The notes under the pieces were generated by a model that saw only the letters and a list, made by a program, of their open reading frames with translations, did not search any database and was not told the DNA's origin. 53,617 bases of DNA from an uncultured Gammaproteobacteria bacterium (GTDB lineage Bacteria > Patescibacteriota > Microgenomatia > Levybacterales > UBA12049): NCBI GenBank assembly GCA_964523705.1, contig CAZFYA010000002.1, positions 113,114 through 166,730 of the forward strand, in the 5' to 3' direction. Shown here one piece after another: positions 23,012 to 30,989 of this stretch (positions are counted from its first letter, which is position 1; each line of letters opens with the position of its first letter). The position numbers and the translations under genes were made by a program.

Positions 23012-23668
23012 ATGAGTGAACCAGCTTCAGAAATACCAAAGGATGAAAACGTAATCCACGCGGATTTTAAACAAAAGAAAAGAATTAATAAACCTCCTAG
23101 AAGAAAACTATCTAAAACAACCATTGCTACAACGGTTGCGGGAGTTATGGCAGTTACGGGCGGAATAATTGCCGCTGAAAATTTAGGGAATCAACAACCT
23201 CAAACATTAGAAAATTTAAATAATATTCAAATCGATCAGGAACGTAAATCAAGCTATGCGCACCTTGACCAGATAGAACCGGATGGCTATTACCAAGGAG
23301 TTGTTAAAGTAAGGATAATTAAAGATGGAGTAAAAATTAGAACTAGCCCTAATATATCAAATGAAAATTTAATTGATAAAGAAAAAATAAAAGCTTTTAA
23401 TAACGTAGAATATTCACAAAGTGGTTCTGAATATGCTATACATAATCCAGCTTATAAAAACGGAGAACAAGGTAGATGGATTATAGGTGAACTTACTTTA
23501 GATGACGGACGTATTGTCACAGGCTATATTAACAATAGTAAATTAACACGTGAATATGTTGATGCAAGTGAGGTAAAAGAAAGAATTAGTTTTCCACCAA
23601 AAACTAATGAAATTGATCCAACACCCCTATACGCCCAGGCATCAGGATTTACAGAATTAATAAAATAA
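23012..23668 (+). CDS. Orphan membrane-anchored protein with a possible SH3b-like domain
   Basis: Basic N-region, one hydrophobic helix, GVKIRTSPNIS...W...TGYI pattern reminiscent of bacterial SH3. Confidence 0.6.
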   Translation: MSEPASEIPKDENVIHADFKQKKRINKPPRRKLSKTTIATTVAGVMAVTGGIIAAENLGNQQPQTLENLNNIQIDQERKSSYAHLDQIEPDGYYQGVVKVRIIKDGVKIRTSPNISNENLIDKEKIKAFNNVEYSQSGSEYAIHNPAYKNGEQGRWIIGELTLDDGRIVTGYINNSKLTREYVDASEVKERISFPPKTNEIDPTPLYAQASGFTELIK

Positions 23669-23918
23669 GTAGCAAATGAAACACTTAACACTACTTATCT
23701 TAACCTTGGAGAAGAGATAAAATTATAAAATTTAGCCTCATTTTGCCTTAAAAAATAAAAAATAGTAAAACCTATAGTAGGGGACATGGTATAAAAACAC
23801 CAGGAGATAAAAATAGAGAAATATTCAAAAAGGAAATAGAGCTTATATGTTAACAATAAAAAATTACATAAAATAATCTTAAATTTTAGCCACTTCTCCC
23901 GAGGATTGAGCCTGAGTG

Positions 23919-23946
23919 GCGTCGTAAAAGTATTATTGTGCGACAT
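23919..23946. other. dif-like 28-bp site
   Basis: GCGTCGTAAAA-GTATTA-TTGTGCGACAT: imperfect inverted arms matching the ATGTCGCATAA consensus, 6-bp spacer. Confidence 0.6.
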
Positions 23947-24298
23947 AATCACTTTCTGCTTCCTAGCGCTCATCCAGGTCGTTTTTTGGCATTGCCATTA
24001 AACGGGGAAAATAAAAGAGTATAAAAGAGCATCTTATAAAACGTAGAAGTTATTCCCTATAAATAATCGTTTTAGAAAAAATAATTCGTCTAAGACAATT
24101 CTGAAGCCCTCTACTCGTCTTACTGGATAGACGTTAGTTTAGCCCGTTAAATCAATCTAAACATCAATTTTTAGCCTCAAAAATTAACAGTTTAGCAAGT
24201 TAATAAGCGTAGTATAAAGGACTTTCGTATTTTTTTCGTATTTATAGCTATACACCTTGTATGCATACCTACTCTAGAGCACTACACGTTCTAGCTTC

Positions 24299-24346
24299 TG
24301 TGAAAATATAAGCTACTTTTGTGTGAAAAAGAAAAAGTTATCCACA
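24299..24346. promoter_or_regulatory. DnaA-box cluster
   Basis: TTATCCACA at 24338-24346 (perfect); TGTGAAAAA at 24322-24330 (TTTTTCACA on minus); TGTGAAAAT at 24299-24307 (1 mismatch). Confidence 0.5.
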
Positions 24347-24473
24347 AAATATATTATAAGTTTCATAATATTATAGGACGTAATTATTGACTATATCAAA
24401 GTGTATCACTTTTATGAATTGGCAATATACCCCTTCCCCCTCTTCCCTAGTTTGTATGTCGATGTTATTTTTT

Positions 24474-25319
24474 TTATGCCCAAGAAGTAAAGAATACAAG
24501 TACAATAAAGATGATAAAGATTACCCAAAAATATTCTAATATTACTCCTTTAAACAGCCTCTTCTCTAGCCAAACATGAGAAAGACCTAAAAAAGCGTAA
24601 AATATTCCGCTTAAAAAAAGTGAAATTAATGTAGGTGTACTTGGCCAAAACCAAAGTAAAATTGCAATTTCTAAAATACAAACTGTTAATGACACTACCC
24701 AAAAAATTGATGAGAAAAAAACCCGGTCTAAAGTATAAATCCAAATTGACTGAATAATCATTGGGAATGTATAAAGGAAGATTAAAAGCAAAGTTATTGG
24801 AAGACTTAAATGCAGTGAAAATACTACATTTGATAAAAAGAAGAATGATAAAAGCGTTAATGCCACAACAACCGTTCTCGCACTTGAAAGAAGAGCTATG
24901 GTTCTAATTGAAGAAACCGTAAAAATATTCTCGCTTAAAAAAAGAGAATACAAGCCCACAGCATACAAGGAGGTCATGATTATTCTGGTCAAATACCTTG
25001 CCGGAACAAGAAGATAAAATAAGCCAAAAGACAAGCTAAAGAAAAAGGGTAAGATAAATATTTGAAGAAAAAAATTATTTTTTAAATCCTTTCTTAAACA
25101 AAGGAAAAGCAAAAATGAAGTTAAAAAAGAAAGCGCAAAAATTAAATATACCCCTGATTTCCCTAAAAAATGCTCTGATACAAAAAGCCCAATTGAAAGA
25201 AAAATAACAGATGAGATAAACTTTTGTCTCTTATCCCTTGCTAATCTTTTAATTATATTTTTAAATTTAAAAAATATTGGGTTTACTCCCCTTTTCCTAC
25301 GAAGTTTAATATTATTCAT
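24474..25319 (-). CDS. Polytopic membrane protein (DUF5656-like)
   Basis: About 9 TM helices; ENIFTVSSIRTIALL and WFWP motifs. Confidence 0.6.
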   Translation of the reverse strand: MNNIKLRRKRGVNPIFFKFKNIIKRLARDKRQKFISSVIFLSIGLFVSEHFLGKSGVYLIFALSFLTSFLLFLCLRKDLKNNFFLQIFILPFFFSLSFGLFYLLVPARYLTRIIMTSLYAVGLYSLFLSENIFTVSSIRTIALLSSARTVVVALTLLSFFFLSNVVFSLHLSLPITLLLIFLYTFPMIIQSIWIYTLDRVFFSSIFWVVSLTVCILEIAILLWFWPSTPTLISLFLSGIFYAFLGLSHVWLEKRLFKGVILEYFWVIFIIFIVLVFFTSWA

Positions 25320-25323
25320 AATT

Positions 25324-26046
25324 TTATGCTAAATTTGAGTAGACTTTTTGAACATCATCTAATTCTTCTAGGTTAGTTAAGAAATTCACTATTTTTTCCT
25401 GTTTTTCCAAATCCTCAACTTCAACAACATTAATTGGTATCCTTACCAATTCGGCTTCTAAAACATTTATTCCCTTATTAACTAATATTTCTTTTAGTTT
25501 GGCAAGATTAGAAATAGCAGTGTAGATAAATACTTCTTCTTTTACTTCTTCTATGTCCTCTGCTCCACCATCTAGGGCAATTGATAAAATTTCATCAGTT
25601 GTTTTTCCATTCTTTTTTACAATAATCTGACCAACATGTTTAAATTGATAAGAAACAGAACCCGGTTGAGCAAAGCTACCCCCTGCTTTATTAAATAAGT
25701 TTTTTATTTCAGCTGTAGTTCTCATTGAGTTATCAGTTGCGGCCTCAACAATTACCGAAACCCCATTAGGAGCAAATCCTTCATAAATTACTTCTTCTAA
25801 GCTCCCTACTTCCCTGCCGGATGCTCTTTTTATTGCCCTTTCTACATTTTCCTTGGGCATATTGATGTTTTTTGCAGCATCAATTGCAAGCCTTAAGCGA
25901 AAGTTTTGATTAGGATCTGTTATTCCCCCACCCTGTTTTACGGCAATGATAATTGCATTGGCAAGTTTTGTAAAAGCTTTTCCTTTTTTTATATCAGCAG
26001 CGCCTTTTTGTCTTTTAATTTGTGCCCACTTTGAATGCCCACTCAT
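25324..26046 (-). CDS. yebC: YebC/PmpR family protein
   Basis: MSGHSKWAQIKRQK, YEGFAP, TDN, DDVQKVYSN. Confidence 0.95.
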   Translation of the reverse strand: MSGHSKWAQIKRQKGAADIKKGKAFTKLANAIIIAVKQGGGITDPNQNFRLRLAIDAAKNINMPKENVERAIKRASGREVGSLEEVIYEGFAPNGVSVIVEAATDNSMRTTAEIKNLFNKAGGSFAQPGSVSYQFKHVGQIIVKKNGKTTDEILSIALDGGAEDIEEVKEEVFIYTAISNLAKLKEILVNKGINVLEAELVRIPINVVEVEDLEKQEKIVNFLTNLEELDDVQKVYSNLA

Positions 26047-26054
26047 AGCTATAT

Positions 26055-26083
26055 ATTCTACAGTTATGCCTTGACTTTTGCAA
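26055..26083 (-). promoter_or_regulatory. Near-leaderless promoter of yebC
   Basis: Minus strand TTGCAA-17bp-TAGAAT, 8 nt before ATG. Confidence 0.6.
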
Positions 26084-26123
26084 TAAATATGTAGTAGAAT
26101 TTTTCAGTTTTAACACGCAAAAA

Positions 26124-26783
26124 ATGACATTAAAAGACCAAGCAATTAAAAAAGCATTAGATGGAAATTGGGAAGAAGCTATAAATCTTAACAAATCACT
26201 CCTTTTGGAAAGCCCAAATGATATTGAAACATTAAATAGACTTGCTCTTGCCTATATGGTGGTGGGTAAAATGGAAAAGGCCAAATCTACTTATCAAAAA
26301 GTATTTAAGCTCGATCCCCTAAACCCTATTGCAATTAAAAATTTAAAATGTCTTAAAGAAAAAATTAGCAAATCCAAAGTTAAAAAAAATGCTTCCCCTA
26401 ATTTTCAAATTAATAACAACTTTCTTGAAGAAACAGGTAAAACAAAGGTAATTGAGTTAATTAATATTGCCCCGCCAAAAATAATTCAATTGCTAAGAAT
26501 TGGCCAATGTGTATCTTTATGTATAAAAAGATTAAAAATCTTTGTCTTAAATGAAGACAATCAATACATTGGTGTTCTTCCTGATGATATTGGAAAAAGA
26601 CTAATTCGTTTTATTAAAAGCGGAAATAAGTATGAAGCATATATTATGTGTGCAAATACACATAAGGTAATAATTTTTATTAAAGAAGTAAAAAGAGTAA
26701 CGAAACTTAAAGATCACCCATCCTTTATTAGTGTTGCTGATGCCGGTCTTGGACTTGATAAAAAACTAAAAAAACTAAATTAG
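26124..26783 (+). CDS. TPR protein with a C-terminal HIRAN-like domain
   Basis: TPR: ETLNRLALAY...KVFKLDPLN; C-terminus: QYIGVLP...RL...SGNKYEAYI. Confidence 0.6.
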   Translation: MTLKDQAIKKALDGNWEEAINLNKSLLLESPNDIETLNRLALAYMVVGKMEKAKSTYQKVFKLDPLNPIAIKNLKCLKEKISKSKVKKNASPNFQINNNFLEETGKTKVIELINIAPPKIIQLLRIGQCVSLCIKRLKIFVLNEDNQYIGVLPDDIGKRLIRFIKSGNKYEAYIMCANTHKVIIFIKEVKRVTKLKDHPSFISVADAGLGLDKKLKKLN

Positions 26784-26929
26784 GAATCTTTATTTTGATA
26801 AATAACTCTACTTTTGTTTAATTTCTTTTTTATCTTCTCAATATCTACTTGTTTATTAATTTTTTTAAGCGAAACTAAAGACAAGATAAATGAAATTATA
26901 AAAATAATTAATATAGCTTTATAAAACAT
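26780..26929 (-). CDS. Small membrane protein, 49 aa (not in ORF track)
   Basis: MFYKAILIIFIISFILSLVSLKKINKQVDIEKIKKKLNKSRVIYQNKDS; starts 1 nt after the upstream stop. Confidence 0.65.
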   Translation of the reverse strand: MFYKAILIIFIISFILSLVSLKKINKQVDIEKIKKKLNKSRVIYQNKDS

Positions 26930-26930
26930 A

Positions 26931-27731
26931 TTAAAATTTATTTTTCTCTAATGCATCTTTGCCAATTATAACAGTAATGTTTCCCAATTTTTTCTTATTT
27001 ATCTTTTTTATTGGAAAATTTAAAACCCTGGAAAGTTTTTTAAGAGTATAACTTTCTTCTCCAAAATGCTCAATTACTGATTTTTTTGCTAAATTATCTC
27101 CGGTTGAAACCATAATTACATTAGCTCCAATGTTTGATAAGAAACCGGCAAGTTTATTTCCAAGCCCAAACTCATCTGTTCCATTAACAACCTCTATACT
27201 TATTTTCTCCTCTGCTATGCCCTGATCAATAAAATATGAATAAACACCAAGGCTTTTTAAAGTTGCCCGATCATCGCTTATTGAAATATCTTTTTGGTAA
27301 ATTGAATTTATGGATACGGAATTTGCATAAAAAGAAAGTCTTAAAAGGTCAAATATTGTTAAATTTGTTTCTTTTACCTTAAAAGGTATTAAAAATTTAA
27401 AAAAACTTGATTTTATATTTCCTTCAGTGATGCTAATATCTGCATTTATCTCACCGTCTATTGGTATTTCAAATTTATCTATTAAATTTTTATTCTTCCC
27501 ATTCTCAATATTTAAAACGTAAATTGCATTACTTTTAGGGGCAAATGACACAAGTGAAGTATTTTCATCTTTTCCAACTACATTTACTGTAAAATGGTTT
27601 TCTCCATCAAAAGTGCTTTTTTGAAAAACACTTACAACTTTTAAAACAACTGAAAGTAAAACAAGAAGACCAAAAATAACAGCAAATATTATCGCTAAGT
27701 TTAATGATTTTGTCTTGTTTTTTTTTGCCAT
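26931..27731 (-). CDS. Membrane-anchored LytR C-terminal domain protein (degenerate LCP-like)
   Basis: N-terminal TM; IEVVNGTDEFGLG; ITVIIGKD. Confidence 0.75.
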   Translation of the reverse strand: MAKKNKTKSLNLAIIFAVIFGLLVLLSVVLKVVSVFQKSTFDGENHFTVNVVGKDENTSLVSFAPKSNAIYVLNIENGKNKNLIDKFEIPIDGEINADISITEGNIKSSFFKFLIPFKVKETNLTIFDLLRLSFYANSVSINSIYQKDISISDDRATLKSLGVYSYFIDQGIAEEKISIEVVNGTDEFGLGNKLAGFLSNIGANVIMVSTGDNLAKKSVIEHFGEESYTLKKLSRVLNFPIKKINKKKLGNITVIIGKDALEKNKF

Positions 27732-27736
27732 ATTTT

Positions 27737-27868
27737 TTATGCTTGTTTTTTCTTACCGGTTATTTCAGGCATTTGAAAAACAGGAGTATCTTTAAAAACA
27801 TTTTTTACCTCTTTTGTCTTTTTTGACTTTTTTTTCTCTCCTTTATAAAAACCTCCATAACTACCCAT
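27737..27868 (-). CDS. Small basic protein, 43 aa (not in ORF track)
   Basis: MGSYGGFYKGEKKKSKKTKEVKNVFKDTPVFQMPEITGKKKQA; GGAGGTGA Shine-Dalgarno upstream. Confidence 0.75.
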   Translation of the reverse strand: MGSYGGFYKGEKKKSKKTKEVKNVFKDTPVFQMPEITGKKKQA

Positions 27869-27915
27869 AAAAAATCACCTCCAATTAATATATTACAAAA
27901 TTAGCCTTGTAAAAG

Positions 27916-28638
27916 CTATACTTTTAAGCTTATTAAATTACTAAGTTCTAAAGGCGGTAGGGCTTTAAAAAAAACCTTTTTTTTGCTTTTAGGATGAATA
28001 AATGAAATCTCAACTGCATGTAAAAACAATCTTGGTAAAATTTTTCTATCATTTCTTGCTGTTTTTCTTCCAGCGTATAATAAATCTGCAAAAATTGGAT
28101 GATTAATGTATTTTAAATGAACTCTTATCTGATGTGTCCTTCCAGTTTTTGGATGAAGAATTAGAAACGATAAAAAATCCTCTATTCCCTTCTTAAGCAG
28201 TAATTTTTCACTTTCTAAAACAGTATATTTTGTAACTGCTTCTTTTCCATTTGCTAATACTCCAAATCTTTTTCTGTTCCAAGGAAGTCTCCCAACAGGA
28301 ACTCTTATCTCCCCTTCTCCAAGCGGCATTTTTCCATGAACTAAGGCAAGATATGCTTTTTCAACTTTTCTTTCCTTAAATTGCCTTTGTAGGGCCTCAA
28401 ACGCTTCGTTATTCTTTGCTACGATTAAAATTCCTGAAGTTTCTTTATCCAATCGGTGAACAATGCCTGCTCGTTTATAAAAATCAGACTGTTTATCTGA
28501 ATTCTTAAAAAAAGTGTAATTTTTTTCTATCCAATCTTGAACAGTTTTCTCATGAATTGTAGTATCAGATTTATTAACTGTTATTAAAGCATCCTTGTTT
28601 AAAATTAAAATGTCATTATCTTCAAAAACTATTTTCAT
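27916..28638 (-). CDS. RluA/RluD-family pseudouridine synthase (no S4 domain)
   Basis: GIVHRLDKETSG, KTGRTHQIRVH, LFLHA. Confidence 0.93.
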   Translation of the reverse strand: MKIVFEDNDILILNKDALITVNKSDTTIHEKTVQDWIEKNYTFFKNSDKQSDFYKRAGIVHRLDKETSGILIVAKNNEAFEALQRQFKERKVEKAYLALVHGKMPLGEGEIRVPVGRLPWNRKRFGVLANGKEAVTKYTVLESEKLLLKKGIEDFLSFLILHPKTGRTHQIRVHLKYINHPIFADLLYAGRKTARNDRKILPRLFLHAVEISFIHPKSKKKVFFKALPPLELSNLISLKV

Positions 28639-29327
28639 TTTTTAGAGGCTGACTTCTCAACCAATTCTTGTCTTACTATTGCTACAACGCTAGCAATAAA
28701 AATCAATGCCCAAAGCAAACTGTCTTTTTCAAAAATACCAAGTTTCCCCCAAAATTGAATTAAGTTTGTTAAAAAACCAAGAATAGAAATAGCAATTAAT
28801 GATAATGCTCCAAGACTTCCCTCTTTAAGCCTATTTCTTTGGGCATATGGAAAGATAAGTTTTAAAAAAATAATAGCAACAACTAGATAAACGAAAAATA
28901 ATATTAAAGGAAGAATAAAATTATTTATATTAGACAAAAGCCCATTGCCTAAAACTGCTAAAGGCAAAACAGCTAAAAGACTGATTGAGAAAAAATCAAA
29001 AATTCGCTTTATTGGAAGCTTTTTGTAGCTTAAGTAAAGCATTAAAGATAAAACGCCTCCGATTATCCCTCCTGCTAAGTATAATCCTGGAAAATAAGGA
29101 AAAACAAGAAAACCCAAAGGTGATTTAAAAACAGGATTAAAATTAAAAATTACATAAAAAAACCTTGAAAAAAGAAGTGAAATAAAGGCAGTTAAAAAAG
29201 CAGCATTAAAAATACTCTCCATTGGAATATCTTTTCTAATAATTAAAAAATCGTCTTTTGAAACCACATAGAGGATATATAAAAAAAGGAAAAAACAAAT
29301 TGCGATAACGATTATTGAAAATTGCAT
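28635..29327 (-). CDS. Divergent Lgt-like membrane protein
   Basis: SRFFYV, PGLYLAGGIIGG, FDFFS resemble the Lgt N-terminal half; catalytic motifs degenerate. Confidence 0.5.
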   Translation of the reverse strand: MQFSIIVIAICFFLFLYILYVVSKDDFLIIRKDIPMESIFNAAFLTAFISLLFSRFFYVIFNFNPVFKSPLGFLVFPYFPGLYLAGGIIGGVLSLMLYLSYKKLPIKRIFDFFSISLLAVLPLAVLGNGLLSNINNFILPLILFFVYLVVAIIFLKLIFPYAQRNRLKEGSLGALSLIAISILGFLTNLIQFWGKLGIFEKDSLLWALIFIASVVAIVRQELVEKSASKK

Positions 29328-29333
29328 GTTTTC

Positions 29334-29891
29334 TTAGGCTTTTTCTGTATATGCACCTGTTCTTGTATCTATTCTAACCCTATCTCCGATATTTATAAAT
29401 AGAGGCACTCTGGTTTTTAAGCCATTCTCCAAAACAGCATCTTTGTAATTATTTGAAGCTGAATTTCCTTTTGTACCAGGCCCTGTTTCAAAAACCTCAA
29501 ACTCCATTTTTGGAGGAAAATTAACAGCTAATGGTTCATTACCATTTAAAAAACTTACATTAAAGGTTAAACCCTCCTTAAGGTATTCATCCTGATCAAT
29601 TAATTTAAGCGGTATTGTAATCTGCTCAAAGTTTTTAGGATTCATAAAATACGCAGTATCATTGTCTTTGTATAAAAACTGCATATCTCTTTTTAAAACA
29701 TTTATTGGTTTTACCTTAGCTCCGTTTATAAATCCCTTTTGGGTAGTTGCACCGGTTTTAATATTTCTTACCTTAACTTTAATATTTGCACTTCCCCTCC
29801 CCATTTTTATATGCTCATAAGACAAGACGACAAAAATATTGCCGTTATCTTCAAAACAAGTACCACTTCTAAGATCTGTTACTGAAATCAT
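29334..29891 (-). CDS. efp: Elongation factor P
   Basis: DLRSG, HIKMGRGSA, MQFLY, PGTKG, VPLFI, IDTRTGAY. Confidence 0.95.
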   Translation of the reverse strand: MISVTDLRSGTCFEDNGNIFVVLSYEHIKMGRGSANIKVKVRNIKTGATTQKGFINGAKVKPINVLKRDMQFLYKDNDTAYFMNPKNFEQITIPLKLIDQDEYLKEGLTFNVSFLNGNEPLAVNFPPKMEFEVFETGPGTKGNSASNNYKDAVLENGLKTRVPLFINIGDRVRIDTRTGAYTEKA

Positions 29892-29895
29892 AAAA

Positions 29896-30861
29896 TTAAT
29901 TTCTTTTTATTCTTTTAACCCTAATCAACCCGGAGAAAGGAATAATCTCTATTCCTTTTTTTTCAAGTTCATCAAGAAACAAATTTGCCCCTAATGAATC
30001 TGAAGCCATGTGGCCGGATACAATAACGTTAAGGTGATTTTTCTTTGCTTCCTCAAAATGATCCTCTTTCATGTGCATTTCAACAATAGTACCAATTCCG
30101 GCTTGAGCCATTTTTTCATAAATTAGCTTGGAGCCTGATGTTCCGCCTGTAAAACCAGTTACTGCAACTTTTCCGGCTCTGTTTTTCTCCGAGCCAACAG
30201 TTATTCTTGGCCCGGCTTTGCCCATTTTAGATTCGCTAAACTCAGAAATTTTAAGTATTTCATCATAAACCTCACCAACCGTTTCAAAATCTTTATTTTC
30301 AAGCTTTTTTGAAAGAAAGCTGTGGCCAAGATTATCCCAGATGGTGTGAATGACCATTAAGGGAATTTCTAAAAGCCTTGCCGCATCAACTGTTTTTCCA
30401 TGGTTTGCCGGGTTTATCCCTCTTCTTACCTGATTTACTCTTTCTTGCATTAATGATTCAGCAATATTAACCGGTACTCCGTATAAACTCATTAAATCAA
30501 CTTGAACATCCATAACTTCATCTAAACCTGCCAGCGCATGCCCTTCAGGATGATGTCCAATAATTAAATCTATTTTTTTACCTTTTTGATTAAGTCTATC
30601 CACTAATGCAACCTCACCCGTATCAACATCGATTCCAACAATTATTTTAGAAATCTTAGTTTTAGGATTTCCAAACAAAATCCTTGAATCGGCAAAAGGA
30701 TTTTTAAAGCGTTCTTTATCAAAATATTTTTTCTTTCTTTCAGGAAGCTCTTTATATTCCTTTTTATTTCTTTCCAATAACTTTAAAACCCTAGTTTTAC
30801 CTCTTGGGTCGGCATCAATTCCCATTTTTATTGCTAAATCGTAAATTTCTTGCAGTGTCAT
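29896..30861 (-). CDS. NIF3/YbgI-like dinuclear metal protein
   Basis: GIDVD, LIIGHHP, HTIWDN, EMH, GHMASDSLG. Confidence 0.8.
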   Translation of the reverse strand: MTLQEIYDLAIKMGIDADPRGKTRVLKLLERNKKEYKELPERKKKYFDKERFKNPFADSRILFGNPKTKISKIIVGIDVDTGEVALVDRLNQKGKKIDLIIGHHPEGHALAGLDEVMDVQVDLMSLYGVPVNIAESLMQERVNQVRRGINPANHGKTVDAARLLEIPLMVIHTIWDNLGHSFLSKKLENKDFETVGEVYDEILKISEFSESKMGKAGPRITVGSEKNRAGKVAVTGFTGGTSGSKLIYEKMAQAGIGTIVEMHMKEDHFEEAKKNHLNVIVSGHMASDSLGANLFLDELEKKGIEIIPFSGLIRVKRIKRN

Positions 30862-30868
30862 AGGTTAA

Positions 30869-30897
30869 ATTATATAATAGGAGAGGCTAAAACGCAA
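30869..30897 (-). promoter_or_regulatory. Leaderless promoter of the NIF3-efp operon
   Basis: Minus strand TTGCGT-17bp-TATAAT, 7 nt before ATG 30861. Confidence 0.65.
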
Positions 30898-30903
30898 AGC
30901 TAA

Positions 30904-30986
30904 GGGCAAGTGGCGGAATGGTATACGCGGTAGTCTCAAAAACTACTGGTTGCAAAACCATGTGGGTTCGACTCCCGCCTTGCCCA
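30904..30986 (+). tRNA. tRNA-Leu(CAA), CCA not encoded
   Basis: Acceptor stem GGGCAAG/CTTGCCC, D-loop GGAATGGTA, anticodon arm GTAGT-CTCAAAA-ACTAC, long variable arm, GGTTCGACTCC. Confidence 0.95.
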
Positions 30987-30989
30987 CTT

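Noticed and set aside
23695-23973. 92-aa minus-strand ORF
   Set aside because: Phe/Leu-rich product of an A-rich strand, no motif, and it overlaps the dif-like site; probably spurious.
21911-24473. Integron or prophage integrase locus
   Set aside because: The recombinase looks like a plain Xer with no evident IntI-specific insertion; no attC-type hairpins or phage genes were seen.
23669-24473. Confident oriC call
   Set aside because: Only three DnaA boxes, no dnaA/dnaN nearby, and gene polarity converges rather than diverges; kept only as an alternative.
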